Shown here: piece by piece, positions 1-7,242 of the stretch
How positions within the stretch are numbered: the first letter of the stretch is position 1
How the letters are laid out: every line of letters begins with the position of its first letter
Virus record (IMG/VR): IMGVR_UViG_3300027365_000015
Span: 1-57,224 of that record
Strand: one strand, 5' to 3'
Origin: a virus
Taxonomy: Duplodnaviria > Caudoviricetes
Length of the DNA stretch: 57,224 bases
Notes under the pieces: model-generated
Seen by the model: the letters and a program-made list of their open reading frames with translations, nothing else
The model's database searches: none
Told to the model about the DNA's origin: nothing
Position numbers and translations under genes: made by a program

Positions 1-127
1 TGATAACCGTCGAAGGGCAGAACGCCCACGGCAGCAGGAACGCTCTTTAACAATGAATAGCCCAGCCGCCCGTAGGGGATTGCATCTTCGAGAGGTCGCT
101 GGGAGCGCGGGAGCTGCGCAAGTGCCA
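1..127. repeat. Direct repeat identical to 54628-54754 (start of early-left leader)
   Basis: Base-by-base match from tgataaccgt to gcaagtgcca. Confidence 0.97.
41..53 (+). promoter_or_regulatory. nut boxA antitermination element
   Basis: CGCTCTTTAACAA matches the lambdoid/rrn boxA consensus, just downstream of the pL-like promoter seen in the other copy. Confidence 0.8.
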
Positions 128-137
128 CTTAATGCCT

Positions 138-255
138 CCGCCTGGGCTGAGAATGCAGGCGGCATCGGGATAGGCATCGCGCCTCTGAGGGTATGCAGTC
201 GAGCGAGCGGAAGGCCGCTCAAGGCCGGTTGCGGATCCGGTGTCTATCCCGATGC
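138..255 (+). ncRNA. Candidate structured RNA element 1 (GGCTGAGAAT-loop hairpin plus 15-bp closed multibranch)
   Basis: 162-176 gcatcgggataggca pairs with 241-255 tgtctatcccgatgc; inner hairpins gagcgg/ccgctc and ccgg/ccgg; upstream hairpin ccgcctg/caggcgg. Confidence 0.55.
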
Positions 256-274
256 ACAACGATAGGAGAGCACG

Positions 275-487
275 ATGAACACATGGCCAGGCGGTTATCG
301 CCACGCAATGAGCCAGAGCGAGCACGCGGCATGGAACGCAGACAATTACCCCGGAACACTGCAGCTCTGTTGTGACTGCGACGAGCCTACGGGTCGCTGC
401 GAGGAAGACAGCATTTACGCAGATGAAGACGGCGAGCATGGGCCGCTCTGCGAAGAATGCTGGGAGAGCATCAAGCCGAGCGAATAA
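275..487 (+). CDS. Small Cys-rich (CxxC x2) phage protein
   Basis: AGGAG RBS; CCDC and CEEC motifs. Confidence 0.7.
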   Translation: MNTWPGGYRHAMSQSEHAAWNADNYPGTLQLCCDCDEPTGRCEEDSIYADEDGEHGPLCEECWESIKPSE

Positions 488-520
488 CCCACACCGCGCC
501 CCGGGCGTAGAGGAGGAGAG

Positions 521-1069
521 ATGGAAACCGCAATCGCAGAATCATGTCGCCCGAGAATCGCGAGACGGGCCACTGAAAGACTCCGCCGCTGGCGTCGTGC
601 TCGCCTTGAGCGCCGCGTTTACCGGCTGCTGGATCGACTCGAGGGCGACAGCAACATCGTCGGTCACATCCGGCGCGAGATGCCGGAAAGCGACGACGAG
701 ATGCAGAACATGATGCGGGCTCACCTGATCCGTATGGGTCAGCTATTCGCCGCTGAGGGTCACAGCGGATTTTCCGCCAGTTATGCGCTCGCCGCCTTGG
801 AGAAATTGCTTAATTTCGAGCCGCTGGGACCGCTGACAGGCGAGCCGGACGAGTGGACATGGCTCGACTATGGCGACGAGATGAAGGCCCAGAACAAGCG
901 GTGCGGCCACGTGTTCATGCGTGAGAACGGCACGGCCTACGACAGTGAAGGGCGCATATTTCGCGAGCCAGGTGGTGCGTGCTTCACCAGTAAAGGAAGC
1001 GCCGTAGACATCACCTTTCCCTACACGCCGACGCGGGAGTATGTAGACGTTCCCGCCGATCGCGACTGA
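521..1069 (+). CDS. Conserved phage hypothetical protein (GHSGFSA motif)
   Basis: GAGGAG RBS; GHSGFSA...PLGPLTG...QNKRC pattern familiar from phage early regions. Confidence 0.75.
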   Translation: METAIAESCRPRIARRATERLRRWRRARLERRVYRLLDRLEGDSNIVGHIRREMPESDDEMQNMMRAHLIRMGQLFAAEGHSGFSASYALAALEKLLNFEPLGPLTGEPDEWTWLDYGDEMKAQNKRCGHVFMRENGTAYDSEGRIFREPGGACFTSKGSAVDITFPYTPTREYVDVPADRD

Positions 1070-1209
1070 GCACACCGCAGCCCCGCTGCGCAGTGCGGAT
1101 AGCCTGCCATCGCAAGCGGTTGAGAAGGCGCGGGGACTGCGAGAGTGCCAACCATTTTGCTGGCGTTAGCAATATGGTCGCGATCCGCTGCGTAGTGCGG
1201 TAGACAGCC

Positions 1210-1455
1210 TGCCCGTTCGGCTGAGAATAGAGCGGGCATCGGAGAGGGCTGAATGCGCAGGCTGATGCGCAATCAATGACGTAGGCCAAGCATCCTGTAG
1301 TTCGCAAGATTGCAGGCTCCGCGCCGGGGACGGCGTCATATAAAACATCTTCAAGCGGCTTGGTAGGAACCATCAGAACCGTTCGCGCGCGTCATTGATG
1401 CAAAAGCCGGAGATCAGCACCGGCCAGCCCTCTCCGATGCGGCAATCACCGCATC
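1210..1455 (+). ncRNA. Candidate cloverleaf/kissing-loop structured RNA element 2
   Basis: Perfect 16-bp stem 1236-1251/1425-1440; hairpin tgcgca-ggctga-tgcgca; 10-bp stem atcaatgacg/cgtcattgat; gccgg-agatcagca-ccggc; loops GCTGAT/ATCAGC are complementary. Confidence 0.65.
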
Positions 1456-1553
1456 ACACAACCATTCACTCGATTAGATGATGAGGGGTGTGTTGTTTCT
1501 GATAGCCGGCGCTGGCAGCGGCCAATCTGCCAGCACGAATAATCCCTGCCTTG

Positions 1554-1575
1554 CCCTCTCCGGAGGGCTTTTTTC
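1554..1575 (+). terminator. Intrinsic terminator in the leader
   Basis: gccctc-tccg-gagggc followed by a T-run. Confidence 0.7.
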
Positions 1576-1666
1576 TGAGAGCACTCCCGTTGATCCAGGC
1601 CGATCCCAGCACGGCTGAGCCCCCGTGTGCGTGAGTGTTCCCAAAAACAAACAAACAGGAGGTTTT

Positions 1667-1927
1667 ATGAAAAACGCAGATATGCCGGCAATGCCACAGC
1701 AGCGCAAGTGGCAGGACGACATGGAGGCTCACGTAGCCAATCCGCATTCCGGTGCACCTCCCATCGAAGGGTCCGGCCTTACCAAGCGAGAGCACATCGC
1801 CGCCATGGCGATGCAGGGGTTGCTGGCATCAGACGAGGGTGGCGGATTGAGCAGGGATACCTGCGTGAAGCTGGCGGTCGATCACGCCGACATGAAGCTC
1901 GAGCGCGAGCTAAGGGAGTGGCAATGA
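1667..1927 (+). CDS. Conserved phage early protein (GLTKRE-AAMAMQG family)
   Basis: AGGAGG RBS; recognisable motif. Confidence 0.75.
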   Translation: MKNADMPAMPQQRKWQDDMEAHVANPHSGAPPIEGSGLTKREHIAAMAMQGLLASDEGGGLSRDTCVKLAVDHADMKLERELREWQ

Positions 1928-2091
1928 ACGTATTCCGTGAATCAGCCCTGTGGCTGGTCGGCATGCTACCCCAGCCCGCACCTGAGTGGGCGGTCGGCGC
2001 AGCGGTCATGCTCGGTATCTGGCTGGTCTTTGCGGCCATGCTGGCAGCCAGCGGGGCGATGGCCTGGCTGCTGAGCCGGAGGTCCGCATGA
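1924..2091 (+). CDS. Small membrane protein
   Basis: ATGA coupling; hydrophobic segment. Confidence 0.6.
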   Translation: MNVFRESALWLVGMLPQPAPEWAVGAAVMLGIWLVFAAMLAASGAMAWLLSRRSA

Positions 2092-2258
2092 GCCTCGAGT
2101 GCGCATACCAAACACTAATCAACAAACTGCTGGCAGACCGAGACAGCGCTGAGGACGTGGCGATGATCGACAAACAGGTCTACCGGCTGCGCATCGAGCG
2201 CGTTCCCACCGAAAAAATACCGGAGGTCGTTGATGAACATCTCAACACGACAGCATGA
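2088..2258 (+). CDS. Hypothetical protein
   Basis: GGAGG RBS, ATGA coupling. Confidence 0.55.
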   Translation: MSLECAYQTLINKLLADRDSAEDVAMIDKQVYRLRIERVPTEKIPEVVDEHLNTTA

Positions 2259-2544
2259 GTTGCTAGCCGAGATTCAGCGGCTGGCGATTGCCTCTGTGCC
2301 CGAGCAGACAGGGCAATTGGGCTCTCATGAGGTTCGCACGTTCGCTGATGACGGAGTGTGGAGCGTTGTCAGCGCATACAACGCCAGCAACGCAACGCTT
2401 TATCACTCATACGTCAGTATCGAGGCCGACGGGGCAGAAATGCCGAATCCGCAGGCTGGGCCTGGCGCCCCAAGCACGCTCAGCGAGCAGCGCGACCAAC
2501 TCGCCCAATGGATTGCCGCCAACCGCAAGCAGGAGGCCGCATGA
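2233..2544 (+). CDS. Hypothetical protein, homologous to 55738-56016
   Basis: Shared C-terminus LxEQRDQLAxWIAANRKQEAA. Confidence 0.7.
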   Translation: MNISTRQHELLAEIQRLAIASVPEQTGQLGSHEVRTFADDGVWSVVSAYNASNATLYHSYVSIEADGAEMPNPQAGPGAPSTLSEQRDQLAQWIAANRKQEAA

Positions 2545-2816
2545 AGTCCACCACCATCGATCCCCGCTGCGTCCTGACGCCTCGCGCCCAACGGGCCTAT
2601 GACGCTGTGCAGGATGGTAACTCCGACGCCATGCAGTCGTTCGCCGAGCATCTGTCTGAGGAAGGCCTGTTGGGTGCCGGCTCAGCCGAGCTGCCTATCG
2701 AACTCACCGTTGGCCATCTGGTGGAACGCTATATCCAGACCGCAGACGGCACCGCCGAACTGAAAGCCTGGGCCATGGCCGTCGCCGACGAACCCGCCGC
2801 TGACCTCGCGGCATGA
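2541..2816 (+). CDS. Hypothetical protein
   Basis: AGGAGG RBS, ATGA coupling, MKSTTIDP start. Confidence 0.65.
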   Translation: MKSTTIDPRCVLTPRAQRAYDAVQDGNSDAMQSFAEHLSEEGLLGAGSAELPIELTVGHLVERYIQTADGTAELKAWAMAVADEPAADLAA

Positions 2817-2892
2817 AAAAGGCCCTGACCAGTGTGGAGCTGGGCAGTGCCGGATGATCCGAGTCCAAACGAATCACCGAGGAGCATACCTC

Positions 2893-3687
2893 ATGTCTCA
2901 GGACAATGAACACCTAGCGCTGTGGCAGCAGGTGGAAAAGACACCAACCGATGCGGTGAAGCCAGCCAAAGTCAATGGCCAGCAGATTACGGCAATCGAC
3001 ACCATGCACATGGTCAAGCTGGCCACCAAGCTGTTCGGCCCCCAGGGAATCGGCTGGGGATATCGCATCGACGTGGACCGTTTCGACCAGGGGGCACCGG
3101 TGCTGCTCAAGGAGCAGGTCATCGGCCATGAGCAGACCCACACCTGCCAAATGACCCTCTGGTATCTATGGAACGGCGAGCGTGGCGAGGTTACCCACTT
3201 CGGCCACACCCGCGCCGTCTACATGACCAGCAAGGGGCAGTTCATCACCGACAACGAGGCGCCCAAGAAGTCGGTCACCGATGCGATGAAGAAGTGCCTG
3301 TCACAGCTCGGCTTCGCCGCTGACATATACACCGGCCTGTTCGACGACATGGGCTACCGGGCACTACGCGAAACCGAGACGCGCCTGGAAAAAGCCGAGG
3401 ACTTCGACGCCGAGCTCGAAAAGTACCGCGCCGACTATCAAGCCTGGCTCGAGCGCGAATGCGACACCCTGCGCCACAAGATCCCCCACCCCAAGAGCAT
3501 TGATCTGGCTGCCAGCACAATGCTCGAACGCATCAGTGACCGAGCCAGCATGGCACGCGTCGATCCCGCTAAGGGCATCGAGTGGATCAATAAGGCCCGC
3601 GATGAAGGCATCGAGCGCGTAAAAGCTGAGCGCGCCGCCAAACAGCAACAGCAACAGCAACAGCAGGAGGAAGCTACCCATGGATAA
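2893..3687 (+). CDS. Rad52/Sak-like single-strand annealing protein
   Basis: FGPQGIGWG and APKKSVTDAMKKCLSQLGFAADIY motifs; upstream of SSB. Confidence 0.75.
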   Translation: MSQDNEHLALWQQVEKTPTDAVKPAKVNGQQITAIDTMHMVKLATKLFGPQGIGWGYRIDVDRFDQGAPVLLKEQVIGHEQTHTCQMTLWYLWNGERGEVTHFGHTRAVYMTSKGQFITDNEAPKKSVTDAMKKCLSQLGFAADIYTGLFDDMGYRALRETETRLEKAEDFDAELEKYRADYQAWLERECDTLRHKIPHPKSIDLAASTMLERISDRASMARVDPAKGIEWINKARDEGIERVKAERAAKQQQQQQQQEEATHG

Positions 3688-4744
3688 CGCAGCCGAGAAA
3701 CAAGAAGTCGCTCAACCCTATGCCACCGAACTTGTGGAACTCAATCGCGTAGAAGCAGCCCTTGCCGAGCTGCGCGCCAAGTACGGCACGGTGCCCGATT
3801 TCACCAACAAGACAGGCTATGAGAAAGGCAAAAAGGGCATTCGGGAGCTGACTAGCTACCGCACCAGCACCGACAAGCTACGGCTGTCCATCACGGAGCC
3901 GCACCGAAAATTCATTGATCGCGTGAACAGCTACGGCAAAGACTTGATCGGCAAGATCGAAGCCATCGAGAAGCCATTGAAGGCCGCCAAGAAAGAGGTA
4001 GACGAGGCGGAAAAGCGCAAGGCTGAGGAACGCATCGCCCGGCTTCAAGAACGCCTAGCCAAGGAAGTGACCTCGTTTCTCGACACGGCCGTCGGCCTCG
4101 ACTCCAACGGCCTGGCCGACCTGATCGAGGCTGCCGAGGCCGTGGATGTAGAGGGCTACTTCGATATCACGAAGGAAGCCGAGGACGAGCGCGCCAGGGT
4201 GATTCGTGAACTGACCAACATGCACGCCGCCACTCTGGAGCGCGAGCGTCTGGCGGCAGAACAGGAAGAGCTCGAGGCCCAGCGCCGCAAGATGCAGGAG
4301 GAAGCAGAGCGCCGTGCTGCCGAGCAAAAGGAGCTTGAGGAGCTTCGCCGCTTCAAGGCCGAGCAGGAAGCCGCCAAGGCAAGCCAGGACGCCGAACGCG
4401 AGCGAATCCGCCAGGAGGAGGAAGCCAAGGCAAAGGCCGAGGCCGAGCGCAAGGCGCGCGAGGAGGGACCGGCGCCGGCCGAGAATGAGCCGGCCATCCA
4501 AAGCCACAGCCCAAGCGCGGGCGAGCCCGGCTACCGGAAGCCACTCGACACCAGCCGCATCACTCAAGCCGCCGACAACTTCAAGCGCGGTAGCGACATC
4601 GCCCGGCCGGACACGGTCGAGATCACTCGCAAGGAATACGACCGCCTGCTGGTGGCTGAGGCCAAACTCGACGCCCTCGAAGCTGCCGGCGTGGACAACT
4701 GGGCCGGCTACGACGACGCCATGGCCCATCTCGAGGCCGCCTGA
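3680..4744 (+). CDS. Coiled-coil recombination-module protein with a small C-terminal GVDNW domain
   Basis: Long E/K/R/A helical content; lies between annealase and SSB. Confidence 0.6.
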   Translation: MDNAAEKQEVAQPYATELVELNRVEAALAELRAKYGTVPDFTNKTGYEKGKKGIRELTSYRTSTDKLRLSITEPHRKFIDRVNSYGKDLIGKIEAIEKPLKAAKKEVDEAEKRKAEERIARLQERLAKEVTSFLDTAVGLDSNGLADLIEAAEAVDVEGYFDITKEAEDERARVIRELTNMHAATLERERLAAEQEELEAQRRKMQEEAERRAAEQKELEELRRFKAEQEAAKASQDAERERIRQEEEAKAKAEAERKAREEGPAPAENEPAIQSHSPSAGEPGYRKPLDTSRITQAADNFKRGSDIARPDTVEITRKEYDRLLVAEAKLDALEAAGVDNWAGYDDAMAHLEAA

Positions 4745-4800
4745 CCACCCACTCGGGGCCCTGCCGGGCCCCGCCACACGAATTGCACAAGGAGGCCCGC

Positions 4801-5307
4801 ATGGCACGCGGCGTCAACAAGGTCATTCTGATCGGCAACCTGGGTGACGCGCCGGAAGTCCGCGCCATGCCCAGCGGTACGCCGGTCGCGAAGCTGCGAG
4901 TCGCCACTACCGATAGCTGGACAGATCGGCAAAGCGGCAACCGCCAGGAACGTACCGAATGGCATACCGTCATCCTGTTCGACAAGCAGGCCGAGGTCGC
5001 CCAGCGGTACCTGGCCAAAGGCTCCAAGGTCTACGTCGAAGGGAAGCTCCAGACACGTAAGTGGCAGGGGCAAGACGGCCAGGACCGCTATGCCACCGAG
5101 GTGCGCGGGCTCAATATGCAAATGCTGGATGCTCGCCAAGGGGGGCAGCAGGGCCCGGGGCAGTCATCAGGCCAACAAGGCAGCCACGGCGCCCCTCAGG
5201 GCGGCCAGCAAGGAACTCAGCAGCAGCCCAGCCAGGGACAAGGAAGCTACGGCGCCCCCGACCCGGGTAGCTTCGACGACTTCGATGACGAGATCCCTTT
5301 TGACTGA
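4801..5307 (+). CDS. ssb: Single-stranded DNA-binding protein
   Basis: [15 protein letters not shown]...TEWH...acidic DDEIPF tail. Confidence 0.97.
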   Translation: MARGVNKVILIGNLGDAPEVRAMPSGTPVAKLRVATTDSWTDRQSGNRQERTEWHTVILFDKQAEVAQRYLAKGSKVYVEGKLQTRKWQGQDGQDRYATEVRGLNMQMLDARQGGQQGPGQSSGQQGSHGAPQGGQQGTQQQPSQGQGSYGAPDPGSFDDFDDEIPFD

Positions 5308-5341
5308 CGCCTGACCGGGGCGCACCCAAGTACCGGCAGCC

Positions 5342-5368
5342 AACCCGCCCGCCATTCGGCGGGTTTTT
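5342..5368 (+). terminator. Intrinsic terminator after ssb
   Basis: GC hairpin ccgcc/ggcgg followed by a T-run. Confidence 0.65.
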
Positions 5369-5387
5369 CCTTCCAGGAGACAGTTTC

Positions 5388-5780
5388 ATGAAATCACTGA
5401 TCGTCACCGCCATCGCCGCGTCGCTCACTGTCCTCGCGGGGTGCTCATCCGATGCCGACGTGGCATCGCGCAACCTGTCGAAAGCGGCGGACATGTTCGA
5501 GATCGAGCGCCGCGTCGTGTTCTACAACGGCATCACCAACGAGTACATGCTGACCATTCAGGGGCGCTGCTCTATCGCCGACCAGGGCAATCAGCTCGAG
5601 GTGACCTGCAAGACGGGTCCGGAGCAGTACAAAAAGCACTTCCTCGGGCTCAGCGACAACGTGACGTACTTCGCCGAGCAGCTGCGTCAGGCAGACGTCA
5701 GCACCTATCGCTATCGGGTGATCTTCAAGCCCGAGTCGCTGGTACCCAACGTTGATCTCGAGACCAGCGCCGGCTCCTGA
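5388..5780 (+). CDS. Conserved phage lipoprotein
   Basis: Lipobox LAGC; ADVASRNLSKAAD-FE-RR-VFYNGIT motif. Confidence 0.8.
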   Translation: MKSLIVTAIAASLTVLAGCSSDADVASRNLSKAADMFEIERRVVFYNGITNEYMLTIQGRCSIADQGNQLEVTCKTGPEQYKKHFLGLSDNVTYFAEQLRQADVSTYRYRVIFKPESLVPNVDLETSAGS

Positions 5781-5842
5781 GCCATCATGGAATCCTTTAC
5801 CACTGCCCGCCACATGGCGGGCTTTTCGATTCTGGAGAGAGC

Positions 5843-6031
5843 ATGACTATCACAACCACGATTCAGTGCGACGCCTTCTCCTGCAGCCGAGAGCATGAGC
5901 TTAACGACGACAGCGATGGCGCCATTGAGTCTTCAGGCTGGGTCACTGACCCGCGCTACGGGCATCAGCATTACTGCCCCAAGTGCTGGCCGAAAGTGAA
6001 GCAGGAACTGGAGGAAGACGACGATGAGTGA
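5843..6031 (+). CDS. Small Zn-binding protein
   Basis: CD..C and HYCPKC motifs; GGAG RBS. Confidence 0.65.
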   Translation: MTITTTIQCDAFSCSREHELNDDSDGAIESSGWVTDPRYGHQHYCPKCWPKVKQELEEDDDE

Positions 6032-7181
6032 CTTGAAGCCCTGCCCCTTCTGCGGCAGCGACGACACCTTCGTTGAGCGCGGAACCCTCAGCAGCTGCTT
6101 CGTCCAGTGCGACCAGTGCCAGGCGAAAGGCCCGGATACCTGCCCCGAAGACGAGCGAGATCTCGAGCTGGAAGAAGAGAACGAATGGGACCCAGGTGAG
6201 GCCGCCGCCCGCCGCCTCTGGAACCGCCGCACTCCACCAGAAGGCATGGTCATGGTGCCCCGGGAGATTACCGCCGAGACAGGCCACAAGGCGGGGATGA
6301 TCGGCGATTTCAAGGAGTCGGCTGAGGTGATGTGCTCCGAATGCGGCGCGGACGACCCGGACCCTGAGTGTGGCGAATGCGATGGGCTGTTCTTCTACCA
6401 GCAGGAGGTGACGGTCAGCTGGCCGACCCTCAAGGCGATCCATAAGCGCATCGTCGAACTATCGGAGGACCAGAATCATGAGCCAGACACACACTATCGT
6501 CGTCCGATTCCCCGAGGGGATCGTGCCGCGATACAGCGCCGCCACGGAATTCCAGGGCGGCCAGGTGGTGGCCGTGGACTTCGACGGCAATCGCCTGGCC
6601 ATCGCCCAGGAGCTGGAGGAAGTGCTGGACAAGCTGCTCCACCAGCTGAGCATCAACGACGACGAAGGGCTGTTCGAGCATGCGGACCTGGTGGTGCAGG
6701 CCCGGGATGTTCTGGAAAGAGCCGGGAGGGCGCGCCAATGAAGCTGCACAAGACAAGCCGAATCATCGGCGACGACGAGAACAATACCCGCCTGATCAAG
6801 GTGGTGGATGGCGATACAGAGGGCGCCGCCGAGGTGAAGGCCTTCGGCGAGCTGTCTGCCGAGGTGGTCGAGGGCGAGATGGCGGGACGCACCATCGAGG
6901 CCTTCGCCTGGCTGGAGAGAGCGCCCAAGGGCCACGAGATCAACGTCACCGAGAAACGCTCAGGGCTTCGCCTGGTGCGAATCCCGATCCTCACCGACCA
7001 GGGCGAATGGTTCCAGCTCGACGACGACCTGTTCAAGAAGATGCTGCCGACGCTCATGGAGGGCTGCAAGACAGCCGCCTTCCACCGCTTCCAGGAGGCC
7101 AGCGAGGAGCGCCTGGCAGAGATGTTCAAGCACATGGACAAGACGCCACCGCTGGAGCATTCAGGAAAGCTGACCGCATGA
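6024..7181 (+). CDS. Lar-family restriction-alleviation-like Zn-ribbon protein whose frame runs on into a downstream gene
   Basis: MSDLKPCPFCG...CDQC..GP...A.RLWNRR; no stop until 7181. Confidence 0.6.
   Translation: MSDLKPCPFCGSDDTFVERGTLSSCFVQCDQCQAKGPDTCPEDERDLELEEENEWDPGEAAARRLWNRRTPPEGMVMVPREITAETGHKAGMIGDFKESAEVMCSECGADDPDPECGECDGLFFYQQEVTVSWPTLKAIHKRIVELSEDQNHEPDTHYRRPIPRGDRAAIQRRHGIPGRPGGGRGLRRQSPGHRPGAGGSAGQAAPPAEHQRRRRAVRACGPGGAGPGCSGKSREGAPMKLHKTSRIIGDDENNTRLIKVVDGDTEGAAEVKAFGELSAEVVEGEMAGRTIEAFAWLERAPKGHEINVTEKRSGLRLVRIPILTDQGEWFQLDDDLFKKMLPTLMEGCKTAAFHRFQEASEERLAEMFKHMDKTPPLEHSGKLTA
6478..6741 (+). CDS. Hypothetical protein nested in an alternate frame
   Basis: GGAGG RBS; globular-looking translation, while the overlapping frame is low-complexity. 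Confidence 0.7.
   Translation: MSQTHTIVVRFPEGIVPRYSAATEFQGGQVVAVDFDGNRLAIAQELEEVLDKLLHQLSINDDEGLFEHADLVVQARDVLERAGRARQ
6738..7181 (+). CDS. Hypothetical protein (own start MKLHK)
   Basis: GGAGG RBS and ATGA coupling to 6478-6741. Confidence 0.65.
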   Translation: MKLHKTSRIIGDDENNTRLIKVVDGDTEGAAEVKAFGELSAEVVEGEMAGRTIEAFAWLERAPKGHEINVTEKRSGLRLVRIPILTDQGEWFQLDDDLFKKMLPTLMEGCKTAAFHRFQEASEERLAEMFKHMDKTPPLEHSGKLTA

Positions 7182-7242
7182 AACGCAGCAGTAACGACTG
7201 ACCAGGCCACCCAGAGCGGTGGCCTTTTTGATGGAGACTCGC

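Larger units (their letters stand above)
1144..1653. repeat. ~510-bp non-coding block repeated at 54748-55257
   Basis: Only 4 substitutions seen between the copies. Confidence 0.95.

Noticed and set aside
130-165. GGGCTGAGA resembling the TPP riboswitch J3/2 segment (also at ~1219)
   Set aside because: No downstream CUGAU...AAU...GCGNAGG core, and no thiamine-related context
1236-1440. Canonical tRNA or tmRNA
   Set aside because: No GTTCRA T-loop, anticodon arm or CCA at the stem end; the stem is too long
3641-3666. CAG/CAA poly-Gln tract
   Set aside because: Short, mixed-codon, in-frame linker; no sign of phase variation
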